From an uncultured Mycoplasmatota bacterium (GTDB lineage Bacteria > Bacillota_I > Bacilli_A > RF39 > UBA660): 64,000 nt of DNA. The stretch's first letter is position 1, and each line of letters begins with the position of its first letter. The stretch is taken from contig UQVP01000003.1 of NCBI GenBank assembly GCA_900544605.1, positions 4,031 through 68,030 on the forward strand, in the 5' to 3' direction. Of the stretch, positions 1 to 9,721 are shown piece by piece. The position numbers and the translations under genes are program-made. The notes beneath the pieces were generated by a model. That model was not told the DNA's origin. It ran no database searches and worked only from the letters and a program-made list of their open reading frames with translations.

Positions 1-1963
1 CTATATTTCCATCATATATAACAACTCCATCACGAATTAATCTAGCTTTGGAATCTCTTTTAATAATACCATCTGTTACATATGAACCAGCAATTGTACC
101 TACTTTAGAGAATTTAAACAATTGTCTAACTTCAGCACTACCTAAGATTTGTTCTTCATATTCAGGATCTAACATACCTTTCATAGCAGCTTCCATTTCT
201 TCTACTGCTTTATAAATAATATCATATAATCTTATTTCTACACCTTGTTCAGTAGCGTAATCTTTTATATTATTACTTGGTCTTACGTTAAATCCTACAA
301 TAAGTGCATTTGATGCTTTCGCTAAAACAATATCACTTTCTGTTATAGCTCCAACACTGCTTCTTATTACTTTTACTTTGACGCCTTCTACTTCAATTTT
401 TTCCAAAGAATTTTTAACTGCTTCACTAGAACCATTTACATCAGCTTTAATGATAACATTAATTTCTTTAACACCTTCTTGAATTTTAGCAAATAAATCA
501 TCCAAAGATACAGCTGTTTTAGAAGCAGTTTCTCTTTTTCTTGCTTGATTTTTTCTTTCTTCAGCAATACTTCTAGCTTCTTTTTCTGATTCAAATGCCA
601 TAAATTTATCCCCTGCAACTGGGACTTCATTAATACCCGTAATTTCAACAGGTTGAGAAGGACCTGCTGCTATTATTTCTTCATTTAAATCATTTTTTAA
701 TGTTCTTATTTTTCCAAATGATGTACCAACTACAATTGGATCTCCTAAACGTAATGTACCATTTTGAACAAGTACGGTTACTACAGGTCCTAAGTGTTTA
801 TCAAGTCTTGATTCAATAACTGTTCCCATTGCATATCTATTTGGATTAGCACGATAATTTTGCATTTCTGCAACTAATAAGATATCTTCTAATAAATCAT
901 TAACACCTTCGCCTGTCTTAGCACTAATACGAGTGAATATTGTATCTCCACCCCATTCTTCTGGAGTAAGACCATATTCTGTAAGTTCTGTCATAACACG
1001 ATCTGGGTTAGCCCCTGGTTTATCAATTTTATTGATTGCAACAATAATTGGTACATTAGCAGCCTTAGCGTGGTCAATAACTTCTTTTGTTTGAGGCATA
1101 ACACCATCATCAGCTGCTACAATAATGATAATAATATCAGTAATACTAGCTCCTCTAGCGCGCATTTCTGTAAATGCAGCATGTCCTGGAGTATCAATAA
1201 ATGTTATTAATTTATCTTGACATTTTACTTGATAAGCACTAATAGCTTGTGTTATTCCACCTGCTTCACCTTCTGCTACAGAAGTTTTACGAATTGTATC
1301 AAGTAAAGTTGTTTTACCATGATCGACGTGTCCCATGATTGTAACAACTGGAGCACGTAATACTAAATCTTCTTCATTATCAACAACTTCATAATTCTCA
1401 AAATCAGTAACATCTTGAGTTTCTTCTCTTTTCAATTCTTTACCATATTCAAGAACTAAAATTTCTGCATTTTCAAAACTTATTGGTTGATTAATAGTAG
1501 CCATAACACCTAAATTAAATAATTTCTTTATTATTTCACTACTATTTATATTTAGACTACTAGCTAACTCTCCTATAGTCATATTTTCTTTGTATAAAAC
1601 AATTTTATCATCAACCGTATTTTTATTTGATTTTAATTTTTCTTTATTTTTATACATTTCTTTCTTTTGAAGAGATATATCTTTTTTAGGTTGTTTAGTA
1701 ATTTCTGATTTTTTCTTTAATTTTTGTTTTGAGATAGTATTATCAGTATCAATTTTTTTGTTTTCCACAATAAATTCATCTACTTCTTCTACCTCGTCAA
1801 TAACATCTTCGGTATTTGCGAAATAATTATCTAAAGTAGTAATATCTTCATCACTAAGCATATCATCTTCTACTCTAGCATCTATACTAAGTTCTTTACA
1901 TTTATTTAATACCTCTTCAACTGTTTTATTAATATCTTCAGCGTATTCTAATACACTCATCAT
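1..1963 (-). CDS. infB: Translation initiation factor IF-2; N-terminus is in the window, C-terminal end runs off the window start
   Basis: My own minus-strand translation from the ATG at 1963 (GAGGTG 5 nt upstream) gives [10 protein letters not shown].... G-domain motifs [20 protein letters not shown] and NKIDK were read directly. The gene is missing from the ORF track because it has no stop inside the window. Confidence 0.95.
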   Translation of the reverse strand, partial: MMSVLEYAEDINKTVEEVLNKCKELSIDARVEDDMLSDEDITTLDNYFANTEDVIDEVEEVDEFIVENKKIDTDNTISKQKLKKKSEITKQPKKDISLQKKEMYKNKEKLKSNKNTVDDKIVLYKENMTIGELASSLNINSSEIIKKLFNLGVMATINQPISFENAEILVLEYGKELKREETQDVTDFENYEVVDNEEDLVLRAPVVTIMGHVDHGKTTLLDTIRKTSVAEGEAGGITQAISAYQVKCQDKLITFIDTPGHAAFTEMRARGASITDIIIIIVAADDGVMPQTKEVIDHAKAANVPIIVAINKIDKPGANPDRVMTELTEYGLTPEEWGGDTIFTRISAKTGEGVNDLLEDILLVAEMQNYRANPNRYAMGTVIESRLDKHLGPVVTVLVQNGTLRLGDPIVVGTSFGKIRTLKNDLNEEIIAAGPSQPVEITGINEVPVAGDKFMAFESEKEARSIAEERKNQARKRETASKTAVSLDDLFAKIQEGVKEINVIIKADVNGSSEAVKNSLEKIEVEGVKVKVIRSSVGAITESDIVLAKASNALIVGFNVRPSNNIKDYATEQGVEIRLYDIIYKAVEEMEAAMKGMLDPEYEEQILGSAEVRQLFKFSKVGTIAGSYVTDGIIKRDSKARLIRDGVVIYDGNI

Positions 1964-1978
1964 ATTAACACCTCTTTT

Positions 1979-2458
1979 CTATATTGTTAATACTAATTTC
2001 TTACCCTTTACTTCATATTTACGATATTTTATACCACATTCATCAAGCATCTTCTTAGAAGCAATATTTCCTTCTGTTCCTTCGTATTTATCACTTAAAT
2101 AAATAACTTCTTTTATTCCCGATTGAATAATTGCTTTAGCACATTCATTACAAGGAAACAAAGTTACATAAATACGACAATCTTTAACGGAACGTGGTGA
2201 ATTTAAAATAGCGTTTAGCTCTGAATGACAAACATATGCATATTTTGTATCAAGAAATTCTCCTTCTCTTTCCCAAGTCATACACTTATCATCATCGTAT
2301 CCACGAGGAGCTCCATTATAACCAGTTGATACTATTTTATCATCACTATCAACAATACAAGCCCCTACTTGACTAGATGGATCTTTACTTCTTTCTGCTG
2401 CAACCATAGCAACAGCCATAAAATATTGTTCCCAACTTATATAATCTTCTCTTTTCAT
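1979..2458 (-). CDS. dCMP (deoxycytidylate) deaminase, ComEB-like
   Basis: Cytidine/deoxycytidylate deaminase zinc motifs CHSELNA (HxE) and PCNECAK (PCxxC); 159 aa. Confidence 0.85.
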   Translation of the reverse strand: MKREDYISWEQYFMAVAMVAAERSKDPSSQVGACIVDSDDKIVSTGYNGAPRGYDDDKCMTWEREGEFLDTKYAYVCHSELNAILNSPRSVKDCRIYVTLFPCNECAKAIIQSGIKEVIYLSDKYEGTEGNIASKKMLDECGIKYRKYEVKGKKLVLTI

Positions 2459-2465
2459 GTTACAC

Positions 2466-2726
2466 CTACTTAACTAAATTTTTTAACTGTTCAAAAATAC
2501 TATTTGGTACTTCTACCTCTAATATTTTATTTAAACATTTATTTTTTTCAGCTTTTGCAAAAACAGCTATATCTTTTTTTAAATAAGCTCCATGTCCATT
2601 AGCTTTACCAGTAGTGTCAATAATAACTTCACCTTCTGGAGTTCTTACTACCCTTACAAGTTCTTGTTTTGGATATTTTTCTCTTGTTACAACACAAGTT
2701 CTCATTGGTATTTTCTTTGCTTTCAC
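2466..2726 (-). CDS. ylxR: YlxR/RnpM family RNA-binding protein (DUF448)
   Basis: Motif RTCVVTREKYPKQELVRVV; conserved position between nusA and infB. Confidence 0.85.
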   Translation of the reverse strand: MKAKKIPMRTCVVTREKYPKQELVRVVRTPEGEVIIDTTGKANGHGAYLKKDIAVFAKAEKNKCLNKILEVEVPNSIFEQLKNLVK

Positions 2727-2734
2727 GTTAACAC

Positions 2735-3910
2735 CTACTCTACAACGTTAATGCCCATTTCTTTAGCTTGTTCGTATGTTTTTACATCTATTTTATAATG
2801 AGTTAAACGAGATGCTAACTTAACATTTATACCTTTACGTCCAATTGCAAGTGATAAATTATCATTATCAACTACAACTAAAGCTTCTTGTTTTTTCTCA
2901 TCAGTTACAAATACATGTAAATTTTTAGCAGGACTTAACGCATTTTCAATAAACTTACTAACGTCTTTGTTGTATGGAACGATATCTATTTTTTCACCAT
3001 GTAATTCATTTAAAATATTAGCAATTCTTGAACCTCTTTCACCAATACATGAACCAACTGGGTCGATATTAGGATTCTCTGAATAAACAGCAATTTTAGT
3101 TCTATTACCAGCATCACGAGCAACACTGTATACTAAAATTAGTCCTTCATTTATTTCTGGAATCTCTAGTTCAAATAATCTTTTGATAAATCCATAATGA
3201 GTTCTTGAAAGTAAGATAAGTGGACCTTTAGAACCATTTTCTACTTTACTAACGTACACTTTAATACTAGAACCCATCTTGATAGTTTCTCCTGGAATAA
3301 TTTCACTCTTAGGTAATATTCCTTGTGTTCTTCCTAAGTTAATATAATAATTTCTAGCATCTTCCATTTCAACAATTCCTGAAATCATTTCATCTTGTTT
3401 ATCAGAAAATTCTTCAATAATAGTATTTCTTTCAGCTTCACGAATTTTTTGAACTACAACTTGTTTTGCTGTTGCAGCAGCAACTCTACCAAAATCTTTT
3501 GGTGTAACTTCTTCTTCAATTGTTTCCCCTACTTCAATATTAGGAACTATTTCACGAGCTTCAGTAAGTGGGATATGGATTCTTTCATCAAAAATGAATG
3601 GCTCTTTTTCTTCTACTTCTTCATCTGCATTTTCTTCGTTTTCTTCTTTATCTTTTGCTTCTTGTTCATTTAATAAATCCCATTCTTCTAACTCTTCATA
3701 GTTATCTGGAACAACAGTTTTAAATGAATAAACATGTACTTCACCGGTATCACCATTAACATCTACTCTAACATTAGATAGTGAGTGGTAATTCTTTTTG
3801 TAAGCAGAAGTAAGTGCTAGTTGCATAGCTTCAATAATTACATCTTTTGATATTCCTTTTTCTTTAACGATTAGATCAATCGCATTTTTAAATTCTTTAC
3901 TGTTCATCAT
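2735..3910 (-). CDS. nusA: Transcription termination/antitermination factor NusA
   Basis: Translation starts MMNSKEFKNAIDLIVKEKGI. It has an S1-like segment and KH repeats (GERGSRIANI, GRKGINVKLAS). The likely start is ATG 3910 behind an AGAGGAAG Shine-Dalgarno sequence, not the track start at 3940. Confidence 0.95.
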   Translation of the reverse strand: MMNSKEFKNAIDLIVKEKGISKDVIIEAMQLALTSAYKKNYHSLSNVRVDVNGDTGEVHVYSFKTVVPDNYEELEEWDLLNEQEAKDKEENEENADEEVEEKEPFIFDERIHIPLTEAREIVPNIEVGETIEEEVTPKDFGRVAAATAKQVVVQKIREAERNTIIEEFSDKQDEMISGIVEMEDARNYYINLGRTQGILPKSEIIPGETIKMGSSIKVYVSKVENGSKGPLILLSRTHYGFIKRLFELEIPEINEGLILVYSVARDAGNRTKIAVYSENPNIDPVGSCIGERGSRIANILNELHGEKIDIVPYNKDVSKFIENALSPAKNLHVFVTDEKKQEALVVVDNDNLSLAIGRKGINVKLASRLTHYKIDVKTYEQAKEMGINVVE

Positions 3911-4163
3911 ATTCACTTCCTCTTTCTTTAGAACATACATCTAAAATATAGTTTTCTTCAATTGGATCTTCTTTATCTAAGATTGGATTAATTAATTTAC
4001 ATACAGTTACACAATCATCAACAGTAATATAACCTTTTTTGTCAATGATAACGCGAAGAAACTTGGTACTTCCTTCTTTTACATATTCAACTGTATCCAA
4101 TTTATAACCATTTTCTTCGATTGTTTTTTTTATTAAATCTTCCACTTTTTTTATTAAATCCAT
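3897..4163 (-). CDS. rimP: Ribosome maturation factor RimP, short form (N-terminal domain only, 88 aa)
   Basis: MDLIKKVEDLIKKTIEENGYKLDTVEYVKEGSTKFLRVIID matches the RimP N-terminal domain. The ORF ends ...NYILDVCSKERGSEYDEQ* and overlaps the nusA start. The ATG at 4163 is preceded by GGGAGGT. Confidence 0.75.
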   Translation of the reverse strand: MDLIKKVEDLIKKTIEENGYKLDTVEYVKEGSTKFLRVIIDKKGYITVDDCVTVCKLINPILDKEDPIEENYILDVCSKERGSEYDEQ

Positions 4164-4185
4164 AAATACCTCCCATACTATATTA

Positions 4186-4208
4186 AAGAGTGGGTTTTGC
4201 CCACTCTT
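4186..4208 (-). promoter_or_regulatory. Stem-loop in the rimP-nusA-infB leader (possible attenuator)
   Basis: aagagtggg / cccactctt is a perfect 9-bp stem with a 5-nt loop, about 20 nt upstream of the rimP SD. On the minus strand it is followed by tttaatat. Confidence 0.35.
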
Positions 4209-4308
4209 CGTTGAATACGCATATATTATAACATACATTTTATATTTTTCACAATATATTTAATGAAAAAAATAAGAAATACATGATATAATATATTAAG
4301 GTGATAGA

Positions 4309-5214
4309 ATGAAAGAAAAAGATAAATTTTTATTAACATTTAGTTCGTTTATTTTATTTATAGTATTACTACTTGCAGAAAACTTTTTTTATTATACATT
4401 ATCAATAGATATTAACAATCTAGGTAATTTAAGAAAGATTGTAGATGGAGCTTATATTTTCACTTCACTTTGTATTGCAATTACTTTTTATTTAGTAAAT
4501 AAAAAAGCTAAAAACGTTGAAAAAAGACTTATCACTTTTGGAAAAGGCATGGCAGCTTTATTTACATATTTTACTTTAAGTGAGTTACAAACATTACCTT
4601 TAGTTTTATCTGGTGTAGATTATAATGTTATGCCCCTTGCTTTAAAAGTAATATATTTATTAAGTTTTGAAATTTTAATGGTTTCTGCTATAGGATTAAT
4701 ATTAAATAAAGAAATAAAAAAAGCTTTAACAGATATTAAAAAAAATCATCAAAAATATTTTAGTAAATACTTAAAATATTGGTTATATTCTTTAATTATA
4801 ATGGCTGGTTCAAATATCATTATTAGTTTTATAAATGGTGGTGGGGTTGCTGGCAACGAAGAAACAATAAGACAAATATTTACAAAAGCACCAATTTACA
4901 TGTTTATATCAGCTGTATTTATTGCCCCTGTCCTTGAGGAATTAACGTTCAGACAAGCTTTTAGGAATATTTTTTCTAACGATAAAGTATTCATTATTAT
5001 GTCAGGTTTAATATTCGGAGGATTACATGTTATTGGTAATGTAAACAGTCCAGTTGATTTATTATATTTAATACCTTATTGTACACCTGGATTTGTATTT
5101 GCTTATATTATGGCTAAAACTGATAACGTTTTTGTTTCAATGGGACTTCACTTCTTACACAATGGAGTTATGATATCTTTACAAATATTATTAATGGTAC
5201 TAGGTCAAATTTAG
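4309..5214 (+). CDS. CPBP family intramembrane glutamic endopeptidase (CAAX protease-like)
   Basis: Multiple TM segments; motifs PVLEELTFRQAF (EExxxR), GGLHV and HFLHN. Confidence 0.8.
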   Translation: MKEKDKFLLTFSSFILFIVLLLAENFFYYTLSIDINNLGNLRKIVDGAYIFTSLCIAITFYLVNKKAKNVEKRLITFGKGMAALFTYFTLSELQTLPLVLSGVDYNVMPLALKVIYLLSFEILMVSAIGLILNKEIKKALTDIKKNHQKYFSKYLKYWLYSLIIMAGSNIIISFINGGGVAGNEETIRQIFTKAPIYMFISAVFIAPVLEELTFRQAFRNIFSNDKVFIIMSGLIFGGLHVIGNVNSPVDLLYLIPYCTPGFVFAYIMAKTDNVFVSMGLHFLHNGVMISLQILLMVLGQI

Positions 5215-5261
5215 ACCTAGTATTTTTTTTTGAATTGTGCTAATATAAGTTTAGAATAGGA

Positions 5262-6140
5262 ATGACATTTATGAATGAAGAAAAGAAAAAGCATCCCATT
5301 ATAAAATTTATAATTATATTTATTTTAATAATTGCTGCTATATTATTATATAGTAGATTTATTGCAACAAAGGGGTTAGTAACCAAAGAATATAAAATAA
5401 CAAGTAGTAGTATTCAAGATAACTTCCATGGCTTTAAAATAGTACATATAAGTGATGTCCACTATGGAAGAACAACTGATAAAAAAGATTTAAACAATAT
5501 GGTTAAAGAAGTTAATTTATTAAAACCTGATATTGTTGTTCTCACTGGTGACTTGATTGATAGAGATACAAAATTAGATGATGATTTAAAAGGTGAAATA
5601 AGTGAAGCTTTAAGTTCAATAAATGCTAATGTAGGAAAATATGCGATAAGTGGCAATCATGATAGTAACTTTAGTGAATGGGAGAGTATTATTAACGATA
5701 GTGGGTTTAAAAATTTAAATGATACATATGAGCTTATATATAATGATGGATATACACCTATATTACTTGCCGGATTAAGTTCTAATTTAAATAACCAAGT
5801 TGATATTACTGAAAGATATAATAAAATTCTTGAATATTCAAATAATGAAAATATCAAAGAATTATACAAAATATTATTAATTCATGAACCAGATTATATA
5901 AATAATATAGATTATTCAAACTTCAATTTAATTTTAGCTGGGCATTCCCATAATGGGCAAGTAAGATTACCATTTATCGGTGGTATTATCTTACCTAATG
6001 GAGCAAAAAAATATTATAAAGAACATTATAAAATAAATAATACAGATTTATATATTTCAAGTGGTATAGGAACTTCAGGAATAAGTTTCAGGTTATTTAA
6101 TAAACCTTCTATCAATTTTTATCGTTTAACAAACAAATAA
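5262..6140 (+). CDS. Membrane-anchored metallophosphoesterase (YkuE-like)
   Basis: N-terminal TM segment; calcineurin-like motifs HISDVHYG, GDLID, GNHD and GHSHNGQ. Confidence 0.85.
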   Translation: MTFMNEEKKKHPIIKFIIIFILIIAAILLYSRFIATKGLVTKEYKITSSSIQDNFHGFKIVHISDVHYGRTTDKKDLNNMVKEVNLLKPDIVVLTGDLIDRDTKLDDDLKGEISEALSSINANVGKYAISGNHDSNFSEWESIINDSGFKNLNDTYELIYNDGYTPILLAGLSSNLNNQVDITERYNKILEYSNNENIKELYKILLIHEPDYINNIDYSNFNLILAGHSHNGQVRLPFIGGIILPNGAKKYYKEHYKINNTDLYISSGIGTSGISFRLFNKPSINFYRLTNK

Positions 6141-6168
6141 AGAGCTTGTGAAATTCACAAACTCTTTT

Positions 6169-6930
6169 TTAAAACAATGATATTAATAGTAACAACCCAA
6201 AACTAAATGTTATTAAAACTAATAATAATGTATCTACAAAAGCAGCTTTATGATCTATCTTTTTTGTTTTAGTAAAACCATTGTTTGTATAAGTACCAAT
6301 AGCTTCTTCTGTTTTTAATTTTTTATCTAAAGCATCTAATATATAAATTAACTCTTCACTTGTTCTATTTTTATCTTTAGCAATTTCTTTTAATTCATCA
6401 GAACTAAGATTGTATAACCATTCATAATTTAGTCCTTGAGAATTTTTAATTACTTTATTATCATCATTACTGATAGTTTTTTTAGGATTAAGTAATTGAA
6501 TGTCTAAATATTTCCTTACACGATCAGCAATTAATTCAAACGAGTCATAATTTAAATTACGATTATCAACAATAACTTCTTTAATGACAGAATCTGTATT
6601 AATAAATTCTTGTATATCTTTTATTTTAGACACCAATTCATTTCTTGAATTAATATTATCTCTTTCAACTTCTTTTTTTAGTATTTTAATAATTTCATTA
6701 ACAATAATATTGATTTGTAATCTTTTTAAATCCACATTAGGATGTTCTTCTAATTTAAAGCTACTTGGCGGTAAAGAAAGACGAATACCGTCTTCACCAT
6801 TATATTTTTCAACATACATAATATCATTTAAATTATCTGGATTAGACATAATTAAATATTCAAAACCATTCATTGGTATGGCATCTAAGATGTCATACTG
6901 TATATTATTATACTTTAATCTCTGTGCCAT
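6169..6930 (-). CDS. Hypothetical tail-anchored membrane protein
   Basis: Long ORF with a C-terminal hydrophobic segment (FVDTLLLVLITFSFGLLLLISLF). I recognise no family. Confidence 0.45.
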   Translation of the reverse strand: MAQRLKYNNIQYDILDAIPMNGFEYLIMSNPDNLNDIMYVEKYNGEDGIRLSLPPSSFKLEEHPNVDLKRLQINIIVNEIIKILKKEVERDNINSRNELVSKIKDIQEFINTDSVIKEVIVDNRNLNYDSFELIADRVRKYLDIQLLNPKKTISNDDNKVIKNSQGLNYEWLYNLSSDELKEIAKDKNRTSEELIYILDALDKKLKTEEAIGTYTNNGFTKTKKIDHKAAFVDTLLLVLITFSFGLLLLISLF

Positions 6931-6954
6931 ACTATCACCTATTATCATTATAGC

Positions 6955-6993
6955 AAAAAAGAAAAAAAAGAAAAGTGTTTTTTTACTTTTCTT
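6955..6993 (-). terminator. Intrinsic terminator after the pilin-like gene
   Basis: Stem aagaaaagt/acttttctt (6968-6976 and 6985-6993), followed on the minus strand by a long T-run. Confidence 0.6.
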
Positions 6994-7000
6994 GATTTTT

Positions 7001-8137
7001 TTAGCTTAAGTTTGATTTTGAGACAGTTATAACTGGGCGAATACCGGCTGGACCATTTGGGGAGGCCCACATAGATAGTGTAGAAAACTCTATTGATACC
7101 CAGTAAGCTTCATAATATGTATTAGCTGGTGTTGACGTCCAATAACCATGAAAAGCATCATTTATAGTTGAATAATCTGTAGGAATAGATTGATACACAG
7201 GTCCCATTACAAAATTAGGTAAAGATTCGGCAGATACATTTTCAATTTGTTCTTTTGATGGCAATGTAATTTGATTAAATAATAACTTTGTCCATGATGC
7301 TGTATTCGTTCTCAACGCAAATTCTGCTGTGATTGGCCCTAATTCATTTGTTGCACATATACCGCCTAATTGACAAGGACCGTTATCCTTTTTCATTGTA
7401 TCTGTCACTACACCACCAGCAGCTTTAAAATCTTCTGCCGATAACCATGATACAGAACCACTTATATTTTTATTTAATATTAGTGAGACTTTATCACCAT
7501 TTGTTTCTAATACATAAAACGTTAGGTTTTTGCTATCATCACTATCGCCCAAATTGCATATATATGTTACTCCATTATCATATTTACTTGTTGCTTCGGT
7601 CGACAATAACCCAATTTCTTCTTCTGAATATGATGATTCTAACAATGGATCAGCTTTAGCATTCCATATAAAACTTTTTACTTTTTTTTCAGCTACTTTG
7701 CATAATACACCATTATATGACTGCCTTGCTGTAGCTTTATCATCTACATAACCAACACTATAATCATCTACTGTCAATAATGTTTTTGGATGATATACTC
7801 CACCATTGGCTATTCTAACTGTTCCTGATGTTGGTTTATTTCCACTCATATCTATTGTGATTTTATCTTTATCATTTTCTCCACATCCTGATGCTGGACA
7901 TAAATTACCATCTGGTTGGATTTGATAATCTCCATTAGAAATCTTTGTTCCATCAATTTTTGATTCTGCCACTTTTTGTTCTACTGCTTTTACATAATTA
8001 TCAGCAGAACGTTCTGCTGCTCCCTTCTTTGCATTCTTAATTGTATTCATTACTATTGGTGTTGCAATAAGAGCGATGATTGCTAATACCACTATTACCG
8101 CTAATAACTCTATTAAAGTAAAGCCTTTTCTTTTCAT
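7001..8137 (-). CDS. Prepilin-type N-terminal cleavage/methylation domain protein with a large C-terminal globular domain
   Basis: The N-terminus MKRKGFTLIELLAVIVVLAIIALIATPIV is the classical G/FTLIE type IV prepilin signal. The 378-aa protein ends ...GYWTSTP...GIRPVITVSKS. Confidence 0.8.
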   Translation of the reverse strand: MKRKGFTLIELLAVIVVLAIIALIATPIVMNTIKNAKKGAAERSADNYVKAVEQKVAESKIDGTKISNGDYQIQPDGNLCPASGCGENDKDKITIDMSGNKPTSGTVRIANGGVYHPKTLLTVDDYSVGYVDDKATARQSYNGVLCKVAEKKVKSFIWNAKADPLLESSYSEEEIGLLSTEATSKYDNGVTYICNLGDSDDSKNLTFYVLETNGDKVSLILNKNISGSVSWLSAEDFKAAGGVVTDTMKKDNGPCQLGGICATNELGPITAEFALRTNTASWTKLLFNQITLPSKEQIENVSAESLPNFVMGPVYQSIPTDYSTINDAFHGYWTSTPANTYYEAYWVSIEFSTLSMWASPNGPAGIRPVITVSKSNLS

Positions 8138-8267
8138 ATTTCTTTCTACCTCCTATACTTTACACTTTAATTATACCCTATTTTATTTTGATTAAACATC
8201 TAGTCATTATACAACTTTTTATATATTTTTTTACTTATACATCAACTCCATTCTTATAAAGGACATA

Positions 8268-8321
8268 GCAAAAAACACAAAGAAATCTAGACTACAAATA
8301 AGTCTAGAAACTTTGTGTTTT
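8268..8321 (-). terminator. Long interrupted hairpin terminator downstream of the CofE-like gene
   Basis: aacacaaag...tctagact / agtctaga...ctttgtgtt, with a T-run on the minus strand. Confidence 0.55.
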
Positions 8322-8464
8322 CTTTATTATTCAATATTATAGTATGATTAAATACCCCCCAGGTTGGTGTTTCTGTTAAATTTTTAACAACAACTTTAAC
8401 CATACTGCCACTTTCCTTTACTATATTAATTTTACAATATTTTCATTTCTTTTTCAATATATTT

Positions 8465-9652
8465 TTAATCATTTGATAAGTTATCAAAATATCCTTGAAT
8501 AAACACTACAGGTGTTCCTTTATCTCCACTACCACTGGTAAGATCACATAATGAACCTATTAAATCAGTTAAACGGCGAGGAGTTGTTCCTTGGGATAAC
8601 ATATTACCTTTTAAATCAGAATCTTTCTTTTTTATTTCTTCTTTAATTGCTTCTTTTAATTCATCACCTTTTAAATTAGCAAATTTATTATCAGAAATGT
8701 ATTTTAATTTGATTTCGTTTGGTGTACCTTCTAGACCACTTGTATAGGCAGGAGATACAACAGGATCAGCAAGCTCCCAAATATGTCCAACAGGATCTTT
8801 AAATGCGCCATCGCCATAAACCATTACTTCTATATTTTTACCTGTTAATTCTTTTAATTTGTTTTGAATATCTAAAACTAATTTATCGCCTGTTTTTGGA
8901 AATAGTTTTACTCTTTCTTCTGTTGATTTATTTGAACCAAGCAATCCATAATTAGGGTTAAAGCCACTACCATTAACTGGTTCATTCATGATTTCATATA
9001 GCCCGTAAACAGTACTTGCGCCTGCTTCTTCTAACATTTTCTTTGTACGATATCTTGTATGAATATCACAACTTAAAACATCATTTGTATAGTTCAATAT
9101 TTCTTTTGGATTATTAGCAAAAACAAATTCTACATCACAGTTTTCACTCTCAATTAAATCTCTATAAAAATCAACCATGTTAATTCCTGTAAATGGATGA
9201 ATAAAAGTTCCAAAAGTTTCTTTATATTCATCTTCACTAATTACACTAGATAAATTATATTTACTATTATCTAAAGTTTCTTCATCTAAAATACTATTTC
9301 CGACTTCATCTGCTGGAAAACTCAATAACATTATTATTTTATCCATACCGCGAGCTATGCCTTTTAAAATCATTGAAAATCTATTACGACTTAAAATTGG
9401 ATAAACAACCCCAATATTTTTACTTGGAAATTTATTTTGAACATCAGTTGCAATATCATCTACTGTTACATAGTTTCCTTCACTAATTCCAACTACTGCT
9501 TCAGTAATTGCAACTATATCTTTATCTTTAAATTCAAATCCTTCACTTTCTTTTGCAGCCATTAATGAATTAACAACAATATTAGCTAAATCATCATTTT
9601 CTTTAATTATAGGTGTTCTAATACCTCTAACTGTTGTACCTACGTTTCTCAT
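8465..9652 (-). CDS. CofE-like (F420-0:gamma-glutamyl ligase family) protein
   Basis: The N-terminal pattern VRGIRTPIIKENDDLANIV...DKDIVAITEAVVGISEG resembles the CofE fold family. Function in a Firmicute is unclear. Confidence 0.5.
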   Translation of the reverse strand: MRNVGTTVRGIRTPIIKENDDLANIVVNSLMAAKESEGFEFKDKDIVAITEAVVGISEGNYVTVDDIATDVQNKFPSKNIGVVYPILSRNRFSMILKGIARGMDKIIMLLSFPADEVGNSILDEETLDNSKYNLSSVISEDEYKETFGTFIHPFTGINMVDFYRDLIESENCDVEFVFANNPKEILNYTNDVLSCDIHTRYRTKKMLEEAGASTVYGLYEIMNEPVNGSGFNPNYGLLGSNKSTEERVKLFPKTGDKLVLDIQNKLKELTGKNIEVMVYGDGAFKDPVGHIWELADPVVSPAYTSGLEGTPNEIKLKYISDNKFANLKGDELKEAIKEEIKKKDSDLKGNMLSQGTTPRRLTDLIGSLCDLTSGSGDKGTPVVFIQGYFDNLSND

Positions 9653-9721
9653 ATCATCCCTCCATCATCTACTATCTAATTATATCATGAGAAAATGGAT
9701 TAGTCTATAAAACCAATTCAT

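Noticed and set aside
436-648. Antisense or shadow ORFs inside well-supported genes (also 2592-2798, 3395-3673, 5462-5869, 6584-7009, 7447-7751, 12736-12942, 14495-14722, 16249-16755, 17155-17349, 18370-18636, 19222-19671, 20033-20236, 21224-21457, 21843-22127, 29461-29643, 30113-30295, 30619-30828, 37053-37313, 38382-38600, 38773-38970, 44711-44923, 47055-47237, 53258-53530, 55206-55403, 55570-56510, 57556-57822, 58534-58947, 59305-59844)
   Set aside because: Each overlaps, on the opposite strand or in another frame, a gene with clear family motifs. Their sequences are low-complexity (F/L/I/K/S-rich), as expected by chance in very AT-rich DNA.
8293-8403. 36-codon minus-strand ORF (MVKVVVKNLTETPTWGVFNHTIILNNKENTKFLDLFVV) containing a G6/C6 tract
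   Set aside because: Its SD is weak, it runs through the terminator hairpin of the upstream gene, and it has no recognisable motif. It is most likely non-coding.
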